Shown in pieces: positions 51,784 through 62,349 of a DNA stretch of 64,000 nucleotides (the first letter of the stretch is position 1; every line of letters begins with the position of its first letter). The position numbers and the translations under genes were made by a program. Under the pieces are notes generated by a model. That model did not search any database. It was given only the letters and a program-made list of their open reading frames with translations, and was not told where the DNA came from. Source of the DNA: Polyangiaceae bacterium (GTDB taxonomy: Bacteria; Myxococcota_A; Polyangia; Polyangiales; Polyangiaceae); contig CBDCTZ010000015.1 of the NCBI GenBank assembly GCA_965222375.1, positions 1,472,001 through 1,536,000 of the forward strand, in the 5' to 3' direction.

Positions 51784-52656
51784 CTATCGCGCTTCGGGCC
51801 GTGGCGATATCGGATCGGGATAAGAAATGGAGCCCGCCTCGATCAACAGCGTGCGCTCGCCGACGATGTCGCCGGTGTCTGCCAATCGCGCCACGAGGCT
51901 GGCCGAGCCGGCCGGAGCGTTCAAGATTGATGCCCTGCCCCTGCTCGTCGTTGCAGTCAACACGGGGTTCAGCGTGCCCGCATCATCGTGATATATGAGC
52001 GACACTCGCCCATCGCCGGTGTCGAGTTCGATCGTCGCCCCTTCGGCCAACTCTCCAGCGCAGTCGCGGACCTCGAGCCCGATGTGACCTCGCTGCGGAT
52101 CCAATTCGATCTGGAAGGCCGCCGCTGCCGCTGCGGAGGTCTGCTCCGAAATGAGCAGCCAGGTGATCGAAGGATTCGCGTCCATCGGTGGGGGCGAGCC
52201 TGAGAACGTGAGATGGGGCACGAGCCCTTCCGCGTCATGACGGAGGTAGACACGACTGTCGGTCGGAACGACAACCGCGGCGGTGCCGGCGCCATCGCTT
52301 GTCGCCTTTGCGAGCGGCGCGCTGCAAGCGGCATCGTCGTACGCGCAGACTCGAGTCACGACGTCGGCGAGTGGAGCGAACGTTACGAAATCGAAGGTTG
52401 AGACCTCAACCGATTTCGGCGGTCCCGCCACGAATGACGCGGGCTCCAGCTGACCCACACATCCCCAAATCGGGTCGACCTGGCCTCCGGCACCACCGTT
52501 GCCCATGCCGCCGCCTCCCATACCCCCGGTGGCGACGCCACCCGCTCCGGTAGCTCCCACACCACCGTTGCCGCCGGTGGAAGGATCGTCAGCGCATCCG
52601 AGCACCAACAGACTAACTGAACCGCCATGAACCACGCTGCGCATCAATCGAGACAT
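51784..52656 (-). CDS. Lipoprotein with carboxypeptidase-regulatory-like domains
   Basis: LVLGC lipobox, Gly linker, WGC, RDCAG...GA. Confidence 0.7.
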   Translation of the reverse strand: MSRLMRSVVHGGSVSLLVLGCADDPSTGGNGGVGATGAGGVATGGMGGGGMGNGGAGGQVDPIWGCVGQLEPASFVAGPPKSVEVSTFDFVTFAPLADVVTRVCAYDDAACSAPLAKATSDGAGTAAVVVPTDSRVYLRHDAEGLVPHLTFSGSPPPMDANPSITWLLISEQTSAAAAAAFQIELDPQRGHIGLEVRDCAGELAEGATIELDTGDGRVSLIYHDDAGTLNPVLTATTSRGRASILNAPAGSASLVARLADTGDIVGERTLLIEAGSISYPDPISPRPEAR

Positions 52657-52733
52657 CAACCCAGGATGATGCGATCGGAGCGCATGCGAAATAGTCACTT
52701 CGTCCACACCGCGCCGTCACCTACCGCCGGTTG

Positions 52734-53435
52734 TCATCCACCGACCGATCGAAGCGCGGCGATGTCCTCAATGACGAATCGCCCGAGCTTGGGTGGTCCG
52801 ATGACTCCGTCCCTCTGCCATTTCCGCAAGGCCTTGTTCACGTGCTCGCGACTCGCGCCAATCAGCTCTCCCAGATCCTGTTGTGAAAGGGGTACGGAAA
52901 CCACATGCCGCCCGCTCAGACGGGTTCCGAACCGATCGGCGATGTGCGTGACCATACGCGCAAGCCGCACGTCCACCGGCATCGAATCTCGGTCTTCCAC
53001 ACGCTCGCTCAGTTGCCGCAGCCGCGCACAAACGCTCTTGAGCAGCGCTAGGCTCATCGAATGACTGCCTTCTACAAGCCCCCTGAACACTTCGCTCTCG
53101 ATAACTACGAGGTCACTCGACCCAAGCGCGACCACAGAGGCAGACCGAGGAGCCCCATCGATCACTCCGAGTTCGCCAAACACTTCTCGCGGCCCCATTA
53201 TTGAAAAAATCGCGGCTCCTCCACGCGGGTCGGGACTACTCGCCTTGCAATAGCCTCGAATAATGGCGAACACCCCATCCGCGGGATCCCCTTTTTCGAA
53301 GATCGACTGGTGTCGCCGATACGATCTTAGCCGGCTGCGCTCCAACAACCGGACTCGCAACGATTCGCTGATGCCGTGAAAGAGCGGGACCGCACCGATC
53401 GCGGCTCGTATCTCCGGATGACTTGAGGCGGACAC
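52734..53435 (-). CDS. Crp/Fnr family transcriptional regulator
   Basis: cNMP pocket FGELG...PRSASV; HTH SQQDLGELIGASREHVNK. Confidence 0.95.
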   Translation of the reverse strand: MSASSHPEIRAAIGAVPLFHGISESLRVRLLERSRLRSYRRHQSIFEKGDPADGVFAIIRGYCKASSPDPRGGAAIFSIMGPREVFGELGVIDGAPRSASVVALGSSDLVVIESEVFRGLVEGSHSMSLALLKSVCARLRQLSERVEDRDSMPVDVRLARMVTHIADRFGTRLSGRHVVSVPLSQQDLGELIGASREHVNKALRKWQRDGVIGPPKLGRFVIEDIAALRSVGG

Positions 53436-53517
53436 GACTCAAGACTAGCAGACCGTCTCATCACGAACGTCCAACCCCTTGCAACCGGGCCTCGCCTCGC
53501 TTGAGGATGTCTCCACC

Positions 53518-55572
53518 ATGAGGCTGCGGCGCTACGTCTTGCTGTTCGCGATGCTGCTTGTCGCGTCGATTTCGTTCACGGCCAGCGCAGCAGATCCGAC
53601 AGCGATTGTCGTGACTGACTTGTCTGGCCCCTGGCGCTACGTGGTGGACGACGATCCCGCCTACGCAGAAACTGATTTCGATGATGGTGCATGGGCTCAG
53701 CTGTCCCTCCCCGGGGCGGGACCCGAGGCGTCGAGCTACGAGCCGAACATAGTTTGGCTAAGGCGAACGATCGATGTGGCGAACTGGACTCCGAATCATG
53801 CCGTCGGATTTCTACCCGGCACCGGGTTTCGCGCCTACGAAGTATATGCCAATGGAAAGCTGATTGGTGGCGATGGCGAGCTGCCTCCACCGGGCACCGA
53901 CCGGGGGGCAGGGGAGATCACGATGGAGGCGAGACTCTCGCCCGTCTTGCCCTTGCCCGAGCCCATTGATGGCAAGATCGTTCTCGCATTGCGAGTTGGG
54001 CGCGCTTGGTGGGCGGCGACCGGGCCGGTCGTCTCGACGCGCTATTTGCCGCTCACGGTGGGGCCGCCAGCGGAGCTTCGGGCAATCCGTTCGGAAGCCA
54101 AAGCACAAGCCATCATTCCGCTCACCTGGCAGTTTCTGCTCGGTGCGCTCATCCTGGCGAGCGTTGCTCTTCACCACTTGCTCTTATGGTTCTGGCGCCG
54201 ATCCCTGCAAGCACACCTGGTTCTTTCGGTCACGCTGTTCACCCTGACAGTTTGGCCATTGTGTCAGGTATTGCGTCTCCTCGAGCTTGCGTCCGTGCGG
54301 CATCTTGTCGCCTTCGGAATCTCCGCGAATTTGCTTGCGTTGGCACCTGGAATCCAATTCCTTTGGACCCTTCTTCGGCCTTCGCCGCCGCCGTTGGCGA
54401 TACGCGGAGTGCAGGTCATGGTTGCCCTTGGCGCGCTCGCCGTCCTCGTTCCCGGTGGCTATGGCTTGGCCTTCGCGATGTCCCCGGTGCGAGCCATCGT
54501 TCAGTCTTTTGGCATCGGTGCGGTCATTTTGACCGCGATGGTCGGTTTTCGAACCGCGAAGGCGAGGGCGCGCATCATCGCCATTGGATTCGCTCTTGCA
54601 GCGTTGATGGCGATAGCGCAACTTGTGCTCGAAGCTTGGTTTGTCGACGTCGGACTCAATGTGGTGCCTGCCCTATGGGGCGAGCTTGTGGTCGTACTCA
54701 CGCTGAGCATTGCAATGGGTCGCTACCTGATCGAAACGGTGACCGACCTGGACGACACGAACATCAAAATAGGCCGCTTCATCTCCAAGGACTTTCTGCG
54801 AGCGCTCAATAAGGAGTCCATCCAGCAGCTTGACCTTGGCGATGCGACAGTTGCTGAGCTATCGGTCCTTTTCGCCGACCTTCGCGGATACTCGGCTCGA
54901 GCGGAACGACTCGGGCCGCAAAAGTCACTCGAGATCGTGAACGAGTTCCTTCGGCGAATCGAACCGATCATCACACAAGCGGGCGGCTTTCTTCACCAGA
55001 TCTACGGCGACGGCGTTGTGGCGCTGCTCCCCGGGTCGAGCGAGCAGGCAGAACGGGCGGCACTCGAGATTTGCACCACGCTGTCAGAAGACGATTCGGT
55101 CCAGGACATCGAAGGCGCTGCTCCCACGCGTCTGCCGGTCGCGGTGGGCGTTCATCGTGGGTGCGTTCTACTCGGCGCCGTCGGCGGTGGCCGTCATTTG
55201 GCTCCGGCGGTGGTTGGTGACGTCGTCAACACCGCGGCTCGACTTCAGGAGCTTGCAAAGCAGTTTGAGACTGCGGCCATCGTGAGTGCCGCGGCATGCA
55301 CGCCGGGACCCGCGGTGCGCCGGCTAGGCTACCAAGAGCTACGCGGAAAGTCGGCGGCGGTCGAGGTTCACGAGCTTCTCGATGCGCTGCCCGCCAAGGC
55401 TCGCGCTACGCGTTTGGACCACCGGGAGCAACTGGAGACCGCCCTTGTCGATGTGGAGTTCGGGCGAATTCGCGCGGCGATTGAACGACTGTCGCCGATC
55501 GCCAAGGATGACCCACCCGTGCGAATGATTCTTCAGGATCTTCGAGCTCGCGAATCCCGACTGGCGTCCTGA
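53518..55572 (+). CDS. Membrane class III nucleotidyl cyclase with galactose-binding-like sensor and 7TM region
   Basis: Signal peptide; DLSGPW..DD..W..L.LPG, WLRR; about seven TMs; FADLRGYS, YGDG, VGDVVNTAARLQ, LRGK. Confidence 0.9.
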   Translation: MRLRRYVLLFAMLLVASISFTASAADPTAIVVTDLSGPWRYVVDDDPAYAETDFDDGAWAQLSLPGAGPEASSYEPNIVWLRRTIDVANWTPNHAVGFLPGTGFRAYEVYANGKLIGGDGELPPPGTDRGAGEITMEARLSPVLPLPEPIDGKIVLALRVGRAWWAATGPVVSTRYLPLTVGPPAELRAIRSEAKAQAIIPLTWQFLLGALILASVALHHLLLWFWRRSLQAHLVLSVTLFTLTVWPLCQVLRLLELASVRHLVAFGISANLLALAPGIQFLWTLLRPSPPPLAIRGVQVMVALGALAVLVPGGYGLAFAMSPVRAIVQSFGIGAVILTAMVGFRTAKARARIIAIGFALAALMAIAQLVLEAWFVDVGLNVVPALWGELVVVLTLSIAMGRYLIETVTDLDDTNIKIGRFISKDFLRALNKESIQQLDLGDATVAELSVLFADLRGYSARAERLGPQKSLEIVNEFLRRIEPIITQAGGFLHQIYGDGVVALLPGSSEQAERAALEICTTLSEDDSVQDIEGAAPTRLPVAVGVHRGCVLLGAVGGGRHLAPAVVGDVVNTAARLQELAKQFETAAIVSAAACTPGPAVRRLGYQELRGKSAAVEVHELLDALPAKARATRLDHREQLETALVDVEFGRIRAAIERLSPIAKDDPPVRMILQDLRARESRLAS

Positions 55573-55655
55573 CGCGAGGATGCAATACGGAACCGACGCG
55601 GGTGTGACCTAGGTCATAACGCGGTGATTGTGCGGCCAGCCATGCTGGTCGCACG

Positions 55656-56081
55656 ATGTTGTCGCGCAGAGAGAGACAAGTGGCCGAAGGAGTCGCGCAG
55701 GGTAGTTCGAACTACGAAATCGCGCTGGAGCTCGGCATTGCCGAATCGACCGTCGCGACCTATGCAGCCCGTGCCCGGCGCAAGCTACATGTCGCATCGC
55801 GCGTCGAACTCGCTCGAAGTCAGTCTCCTCGGTCGCACCAAGCTAGCGATTTCGCTGATCGGGTTGCGACGCTGACGCCAAGTGAGCGGGACGTAGCGCT
55901 ACGAGCCTGCAAAGGCTCGTCCAATCTTGCGATCGCAGAGGCTCGCGATTCACACAAGCGGACGGTGGCCAATCAACTCGCGTCGATCTACCGAAAGCTC
56001 CGCATTTCCTGTCGCACGGAGCTGGCAACCCATGCAGAAGCGATCCAGCCAACTCCGTTGCATCTGCGTCTCGTTCGTTAG
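55656..56081 (+). CDS. Tandem LuxR-type HTH protein
   Basis: LSRRERQVA...G.SN.EIA and LTPSERDVA...G.SN..IA..R...TVANQLASIYRKL. Confidence 0.8.
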   Translation: MLSRRERQVAEGVAQGSSNYEIALELGIAESTVATYAARARRKLHVASRVELARSQSPRSHQASDFADRVATLTPSERDVALRACKGSSNLAIAEARDSHKRTVANQLASIYRKLRISCRTELATHAEAIQPTPLHLRLVR

Positions 56082-56284
56082 CTGGTTGAATGTGCACCCA
56101 GCGCGTCATCGGCACCTCGCGCGAGGAGAAGAGGGGCGCCGCCAAGAAAGGCCTTCCCGTGGGAATCCACGCGAACCGGGACGCGCGGCGGCACCCACTC
56201 CTCCCCGACCGCCACGGTTCGTTCACTGGGCGGCGCGCAAATCAAGCATAGTTTGAACTCCCAGTCAGGTAGAGTCAACGCTGG

Positions 56285-56953
56285 ATGGGAACTGGCAGCG
56301 CTTCCCCGACCGGTGACATGGGCTCCGACTCCAACGCAGGTGACGACAACGCGCTGCTCCGCGCGTGGCACGGCGGGGATCGGAGCGCGGGGCAGGCGCT
56401 GATTCGCCGCTACCACGAGCCCGTCACGCGCTTTTTTCGGACCAAAGCTTTCGAGCAGGCCGAGGATCTGGCGCAGCGAACGTTTCTCGGGCTCGCCGAG
56501 GCCGGGGACCGATTCAGCGGGGAGTCGAGCGTACGAGCGTTCCTGTTCGGGATCGCACGCAACGTCCTGTTCGAATTCTATCGGAGCAAGAAGAAGCATG
56601 GTCCTGCAGCCCCGGACTTCGCCGTGGAGTCCCTCGTGGATCTCGCGCCCGGCGTGTCCACCCAAGCGGCCGCTCGGTCCGAAATGCGCGTGCTGTTGCA
56701 GGCGCTGCAGCGCATTCCAACGGATCTTCAGAGCCTGCTCGAGCTTCACTATTGGGAAGGTTTGGGCGTGGACGAGCTCGCGTCGGTCTTCCAGATCCCC
56801 TCGGGAACGGTCAAGAGTCGCCTGCACCGTGCGCGGGGGTTGCTCCACGAGGAGATTGGTCGTGTCGAAGCGAGCCCGGCCCTGCTCCAGAGCACACAGA
56901 CGCTGTACGCGGCTTGGCTCGATCGTGCGGCGGGTCGCGACGACTCTCCCTGA
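56285..56953 (+). CDS. ECF sigma-70 factor
   Basis: AEDLAQRTF, FLFGIARN, GTVKSRLHRAR. Confidence 0.92.
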   Translation: MGTGSASPTGDMGSDSNAGDDNALLRAWHGGDRSAGQALIRRYHEPVTRFFRTKAFEQAEDLAQRTFLGLAEAGDRFSGESSVRAFLFGIARNVLFEFYRSKKKHGPAAPDFAVESLVDLAPGVSTQAAARSEMRVLLQALQRIPTDLQSLLELHYWEGLGVDELASVFQIPSGTVKSRLHRARGLLHEEIGRVEASPALLQSTQTLYAAWLDRAAGRDDSP

Positions 56954-56980
56954 AGGCGGGTCTTCGCCACGTGGGTGCGC

Positions 56981-58213
56981 TCAGTTGCCATCGGGGCGCT
57001 CGACCTGGCGCTGTTTCGTCACCACGACCTCGGCTAGGCGTTGCTCGATGCCCTCCAGCGCGTCGTCGAGACCGACGTCGGTGTTGACTTGGAAGGCCAC
57101 CGCGATGCGGTGCTTCGCGTAGTAGCGCAGGCTCGAGACGTAACCCGGGATGGTGCCGCCGTGCCCATAGCTGAGACCGAGCGGCGTGTGCTGGTGGATC
57201 GCGACGCCGGCGCCATAGCGGACGCCCGAGTCCGCCCCGCCCACGGGCACCGACTTCAGCAGCTCGTCGACATAGGGCCCGGAGAGCGCGCGGCCCTCGT
57301 ACAGCGCACGACCCCAAACCGCGAGATCCCGCGAGGTGCTGACGAGACCACCGCCGGTCCACTCGACAGCTGGATTCCACTTCATGACGCCGGGCGCGCT
57401 CGTGGTCTTGGTCGGTAGACCGAGCGGATTGTCTCGTGCCGTGTACCCCGCCGCCAGCCCCGGAAGCGCACGCCGGTCCGACGGGGTCGTCGCAGCGAGA
57501 CCGAGGGGTCGTAGGAAGCGCTGCTGCAGCTCGTCGTAGTAAGACCGACGAGCGACCCGCTCGATGATCAGGCCGACCAAGATGTATCCGGTGTCGGAGT
57601 AGGACCAGCCAGCTCCCGCGGGGAAGAGCGCCGGCTTGTCGAGCACGTATTCGACCAACGACTCGGGCGGAAACGCGTTGCCGGTCTCCTTCCAGCGACT
57701 GGCGACAGCGCGCGCGAACCGAGGGCTGTGCACGTGATCGGGCAAGCCGGAGCTATGAGTGAGCAGGTGCCGCAAGGTGATCGAATCGTGGTTGGGCAGG
57801 CGCGCCAGCCAGGGGCGATCGGACAGCCACGTCTTGATGGGGCTGTCCAGGTCCAACGCGCCGTCCTGAGCGAGCGCCAGGGCCGTGGCGGCGACGAAGC
57901 TCTTCCCGATGCTCGCCGCGAGCATCCGACTGCGCGGCGTCATCGGCGCCCGGCTCTCGACGTCGACAAGCCCCGAAGCGGCGACGCCGACGGTCCCGTC
58001 GGACAGAGCGTACGCGGCGGTCACGCCGGGAAATCCCAGATCGTCACGCGCGCGGTCGAGCTCGGCCTGAAAGCGTTTTTCAAGGGCCGCGGGCGCGGTG
58101 GCGCGAGCTGTCGACGGCCGCACCACCGGGGCCGTCGACGACCCCGTGGTGGACCGGCATGCGACGCAGCCGACGAGGACCATCATGGCCAGGAAGGCGC
58201 CGGCGCGGCTCAT
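56981..58213 (-). CDS. Serine hydrolase, beta-lactamase/PBP family lipoprotein
   Basis: SIGK (SxxK), LLTHSSG, YSD, HGG; lipoprotein signal. Confidence 0.9.
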   Translation of the reverse strand: MSRAGAFLAMMVLVGCVACRSTTGSSTAPVVRPSTARATAPAALEKRFQAELDRARDDLGFPGVTAAYALSDGTVGVAASGLVDVESRAPMTPRSRMLAASIGKSFVAATALALAQDGALDLDSPIKTWLSDRPWLARLPNHDSITLRHLLTHSSGLPDHVHSPRFARAVASRWKETGNAFPPESLVEYVLDKPALFPAGAGWSYSDTGYILVGLIIERVARRSYYDELQQRFLRPLGLAATTPSDRRALPGLAAGYTARDNPLGLPTKTTSAPGVMKWNPAVEWTGGGLVSTSRDLAVWGRALYEGRALSGPYVDELLKSVPVGGADSGVRYGAGVAIHQHTPLGLSYGHGGTIPGYVSSLRYYAKHRIAVAFQVNTDVGLDDALEGIEQRLAEVVVTKQRQVERPDGN

Positions 58214-59067
58214 CACACCACCTCCTTGACAGCCGTTTTGCGATCGAACATGGTGTCGCGCTTCCACCAGACGACGCAGACGGCCACGGCGATCCACAGC
58301 AGGTTGTCCCAGGGCTGCGCATCCGGGAACAGCGGGTTCATCATCTGGAAGTGGTAGAGGTACGCTACCAGTAGGCTGCCCCGCGCAGCGTTGAAGAACG
58401 GCGTGAGGATGACGTAGATGGCGATGACGGCACAGAAGTACGGGGCGAAGGACCAGTCGCTCATGGGCGTGCCGCTCAGGAAGAACGCCGGGATATGCCA
58501 GACGGCGATGATGGTGCCGAGAATCAGACCCGCCCAAAACGGCGCGAACCTGCGTTGAAGGATCGGCAGCGCGACTCCGCGCCAGCCGAACTCCTCGATG
58601 GGGCCGAGAAACAACGCGAGCAGTATCGCGGACACAACCTGGTATCCGCCGGAGACGGGAAGTGGGTCGCTGATGGATCCCTTGATGGCGGCGCCCGTGT
58701 AGACGACCGCGGGGATGCCCAGCACGAGGAAAGCCCACCAACCGAGCGGAGCCCGCCACAGCGTGAGGCGTCGGAAGAAGCGACCCAGACCCGCGCGTCC
58801 GTAGTGCCGCCAGACCAGGAACACTCCGGCGATGCCGGGCGAGTACACGGCGAGGATGTAGAGCGGGTTCGAGACGCTGAGCTCGCCGAAGATGGCTGCG
58901 ACCTGATCGTAGAAGAGGATCAGAATGGCGGCGATGCTCCAGGTCAGCCCGAAGGAGATCGCGAGCAACGGGACGAGGGTCTTTTCGTTCATGGGAGTTT
59001 TTCGGGGGGCCTCGTCGTCTGGGCGCGACTCGTCCCGCACCCGCGAGGTCACATGCAGGGTTTTCAT
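58213..59067 (-). CDS. CPBP/CAAX intramembrane metalloprotease
   Basis: EEFGWRG, WH.P, H...N; RBS AAGGAG; TGATG coupling to the downstream gene. Confidence 0.9.
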   Translation of the reverse strand: MKTLHVTSRVRDESRPDDEAPRKTPMNEKTLVPLLAISFGLTWSIAAILILFYDQVAAIFGELSVSNPLYILAVYSPGIAGVFLVWRHYGRAGLGRFFRRLTLWRAPLGWWAFLVLGIPAVVYTGAAIKGSISDPLPVSGGYQVVSAILLALFLGPIEEFGWRGVALPILQRRFAPFWAGLILGTIIAVWHIPAFFLSGTPMSDWSFAPYFCAVIAIYVILTPFFNAARGSLLVAYLYHFQMMNPLFPDAQPWDNLLWIAVAVCVVWWKRDTMFDRKTAVKEVV

Positions 59068-59096
59068 GGCGTCTCCTTGTTTGATTGCGCCGCGCG

Positions 59097-60116
59097 TCAT
59101 TGCTGCGGCGCTGGGTCTTCGTCGCTGCCGTCGGGCATTCGCCAGGTCAGGCCCACCCGCGCGAAGAACGTGTTGGGCAGCGTCTGCGTGCCGCCAGCGA
59201 CGCGATCGTTGTCTGCGTTCATCTGCTCGAAGCGGCGATGGAGCGTGCGCGCGGCGTAGAGGGTGAGCCAGAGGGAATCGAAAGTCCGCACGCCGAAGGT
59301 CAGGCCGGCCGTTGCGACCGAGTAGCCGACGTGGTCAACGCACTGCGCCGGATCGGACTGCGCTTCGTTCTGGGGAGTGGAGGGGTCATCCGCCTCGGCC
59401 TTGCAAGGCCAAGAGCCGCGGATCGCCGAGTCGCTGATCGCGTAGGAGCTGCCGTCGACGTCGGCGCGGAAGCCGACCTCGAAACGGTCGCCGAGCCCCA
59501 GCTTGGCCTCAGCCTGCAAGGGCAGCAGGGCTTCGACGGTCACCTGCTTGGTCGGCTCCCACTGCGCGTACAGCACGGGAAGAGGCAGGAAGGACCCGAA
59601 CTCGAACATGGCGGCCCCACCACCGCCAACAACGAGCTTGTCCGAGAGTTGGTGGCTCACGAGCCCCAGGCCCTGCATGCGCAGGGCTCGGCTCTGCACG
59701 GAGGTGAGATCCCCCGCGAGCCCAGGCTTGCCTTGAAAGAGCAACATCCAGTCGCTGGACAGGAGATGGATCAGCGTGATCGGAAGCTCGAAGGCGTGCA
59801 GGTCGAGCTCGCGCTCCGTAGGCGACTCGTGGGAAAAGGAGAGCTTGTCGAGCCGGTAGCCGATGCCAGGAGCGAGCACCGTGGAGTCGCTGAGCGTCAG
59901 GGGCAGGTTCAGCGCGACGGAATACGTCGACACCTGCACATCGTCCCCGTCCGACCAGGGCGCACTCCCCATGGGTCGATCGCCATCGAGCGCGGTCGGC
60001 GGCAGGTACTCGCTGCGCAGATCCAGCAGATCGAGCGGCTGCGCCTTGCCAACGGCGGGCGCAGACAGGAGGGCGAGGAAGATTGCTAGCCTTGGGATTC
60101 GTGACCGATGTCTCAT
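59097..60116 (-). CDS. Outer-membrane beta-barrel protein (DUF6268-like)
   Basis: Signal peptide, alternating beta-strand pattern, LPLP.L..W motif. Confidence 0.6.
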   Translation of the reverse strand: MRHRSRIPRLAIFLALLSAPAVGKAQPLDLLDLRSEYLPPTALDGDRPMGSAPWSDGDDVQVSTYSVALNLPLTLSDSTVLAPGIGYRLDKLSFSHESPTERELDLHAFELPITLIHLLSSDWMLLFQGKPGLAGDLTSVQSRALRMQGLGLVSHQLSDKLVVGGGGAAMFEFGSFLPLPVLYAQWEPTKQVTVEALLPLQAEAKLGLGDRFEVGFRADVDGSSYAISDSAIRGSWPCKAEADDPSTPQNEAQSDPAQCVDHVGYSVATAGLTFGVRTFDSLWLTLYAARTLHRRFEQMNADNDRVAGGTQTLPNTFFARVGLTWRMPDGSDEDPAPQQ

Positions 60117-60280
60117 GAAGGGGCAGTGACGACCGGGCGGCTTTGGTTCACGAGAAAATCGCGTCGGGCAGCCGAACTCGGCGAGATGGCCGTTTCTTTG
60201 GGGAAAATGCGGCCGCGAGAGCAGAGAACGCCCCCTAGAATCGGCCACCCGCCGGGCTGAGAGGGCGGCTTGGACGGCCG

Positions 60281-62119
60281 CTAGCTACTGCCGGACGAGG
60301 CTGGTTCCCCAGCGCCCGTGGGTGGCGGAGCCACGGCGCTCCACCAACCTCGCAGCCGCGCGTCATCCCACGCGTCACTGACGTCGACTCCTTCGAGCGC
60401 CGTCAGGACGGCAGTGGCCGACTGCGGGCGGTCCGCCGAACTCTTGGCGAGCATGCTCGCGACCAGCTCCTCGAGAGCTTCTGGCACAACCGCTTTGTCG
60501 AACAGGGGCGACGGTGGCGCCTTGTGCACGTGGCAGGACAGGAGTCCGACGACAGTCTTTTCTTCGAAGACGTGTCGGGACGTCAGCAGGAAGTACGCCA
60601 CACAGCCCAGGGCGTAGATGTCGGCCCGAGGATCGACGTCATCGGGGGCAAGGATCATCTCCGGCGCCATGAAGGCCGGAGTGCCTACGACGTCGTTGTC
60701 GCGGGTCAGCGCCGCCGCGTCGTCTTGATCCGCTCGAGCAACCTCCGTGACCAGCCCGAAGTCGAGCACCTTGGTGATGTCGAGCTCTGTGGCCTGTCGA
60801 CACAGGAAGATGTTGGCGGGCTTGACGTCTCGGTGGATCAGCCCCGCGTTGTGTGCCTCTGCCAATGAGAGGCACACTTGCCGCAGGATCCGGACGACGC
60901 GCCACACCGGCTGGGGGCCATCGCGCTCGACGAGGGCTTCGAGGTCCATCCCGTCCAAGAGCTCCATCACGTAGTAGAAGTCGCCCGCGTCCGTGCGCCC
61001 GAAATCGTAGAGTTCCACGGTGTGCGCGGAACGCAGGTGGGCCGTTGCGCGCGCTTCTTGTTCGAAGCGGCGCAGCGCGCTCGCGGCCCGTTCCGGGGCG
61101 ACGTCCATGCGGTCGGCCTTGATGACTTTGAGGGCGGCGGGGCGAGCGAGCATCTTATGCTGGGCCAGCCAGACTTCGCCCATGCCACCGTGCCCCAGCT
61201 CTTCCACCAGCACGTAGCTGCCAAGATCTCGCGAACGACGCCGCTCGTCGCGTAGAGCGACGTCGATGCGATGAATCGCAATCGACGCGAAAACGCTGAG
61301 CACGACACTCAGCGGCACGTTGGCGAAGGACTCCGGCGAAAGTATCGCAAAGTAGGCGATCCCGCTCACTCTCGACCATACGAGAGGCAGGGCGAGCAGC
61401 GGCAGCGCCAGAGAGAGCGCGAGCAGCAAATGCTTCTTGGGTGATCCCGGGACAAACGGTGGAAAGAGCACCATGAAAACGCAGGTCCAGGTCAGCCCAT
61501 CGACCAGGCTCGGTCCTTCCACGCTGGCCTCGCCCGACCACTGGAAGAAGTGCAGGCTCTCCAGGGTCTGGTGGATCCCGACCGCGAACACCAAGACGAA
61601 AGCGAGTCGCGCCACGGTTTCGAGGGGGACCTTCGCTTTCCGGGCCGCCCGGTGCACCCACCACGCGAGAACCGCCATGACCACGTTCTTCAGCCGCGCG
61701 GGGCTGGTCAGCCCTGGGGCTTCGAACGCGACACGCAAAGCGAGATCCAGGGGGACGGCGATTGAGTACACCACTCCCGCGAGCGCGGCGAGGGCGGCAA
61801 CACGGCCGCGGATGCTCGCCTCGAGTACCGGGTCGCTCTCGACGGGCGATGCGCCCCCCTCGCCTTCGCGCAACAGTAGCGTGGGGGCCTTCGCGGCTAC
61901 GTCGCCTGCCGAGTTTGGATCACGCCCTCGAAACACGCGCCCCAACCGACGCAGCTTGGCCATCCCCTCGAGAGGGCCGAGCTGAGTCGGAGCATTCCCG
62001 AGCACCGCTTCTTCGAGCTTGGCGAGGGCCCGCTCGCGCTCCGCGGGGGAATCGAACGCATCAGGCGGTGTGGCGTCCTCGATGCCGTCGGGCGGGTCCG
62101 CTCGAGTCAGCTCCGACAT
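60281..62119 (-). CDS. Membrane Hanks-type Ser/Thr kinase
   Basis: GHGGMGEV, ALK, HRDVKPAN, DFG, GTPAFMAPE, DIYALG; N-terminal TMs. Confidence 0.95.
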   Translation of the reverse strand: MSELTRADPPDGIEDATPPDAFDSPAERERALAKLEEAVLGNAPTQLGPLEGMAKLRRLGRVFRGRDPNSAGDVAAKAPTLLLREGEGGASPVESDPVLEASIRGRVAALAALAGVVYSIAVPLDLALRVAFEAPGLTSPARLKNVVMAVLAWWVHRAARKAKVPLETVARLAFVLVFAVGIHQTLESLHFFQWSGEASVEGPSLVDGLTWTCVFMVLFPPFVPGSPKKHLLLALSLALPLLALPLVWSRVSGIAYFAILSPESFANVPLSVVLSVFASIAIHRIDVALRDERRRSRDLGSYVLVEELGHGGMGEVWLAQHKMLARPAALKVIKADRMDVAPERAASALRRFEQEARATAHLRSAHTVELYDFGRTDAGDFYYVMELLDGMDLEALVERDGPQPVWRVVRILRQVCLSLAEAHNAGLIHRDVKPANIFLCRQATELDITKVLDFGLVTEVARADQDDAAALTRDNDVVGTPAFMAPEMILAPDDVDPRADIYALGCVAYFLLTSRHVFEEKTVVGLLSCHVHKAPPSPLFDKAVVPEALEELVASMLAKSSADRPQSATAVLTALEGVDVSDAWDDARLRGWWSAVAPPPTGAGEPASSGSS

Positions 62120-62349
62120 GGCCGGGATGATACCGCGCGCTCGTGGGGCAAGAGGGGTTCGAGTCATTCCACGCTCCCGAGCGTTGACCCAATGCAATGA
62201 AAGCCGATGCGCGTACCGTTCCGAACCTCGGCCAGGGGTGGCAAGGGGTCAGTCGTTTCGAAACAAAGCTCACGCAGGGCCCTTGGCAAGTTCGTGATCT
62301 CGTTTCGGAGGCGATGGTCTGGCCGGCGAATCCAGCTTACACTACGCGA

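Noticed and set aside
58214..58759. 592-aa version of the serine hydrolase
   Set aside because: The extension overlaps the CPBP gene; the signal peptide and TGATG coupling place the start at 58213
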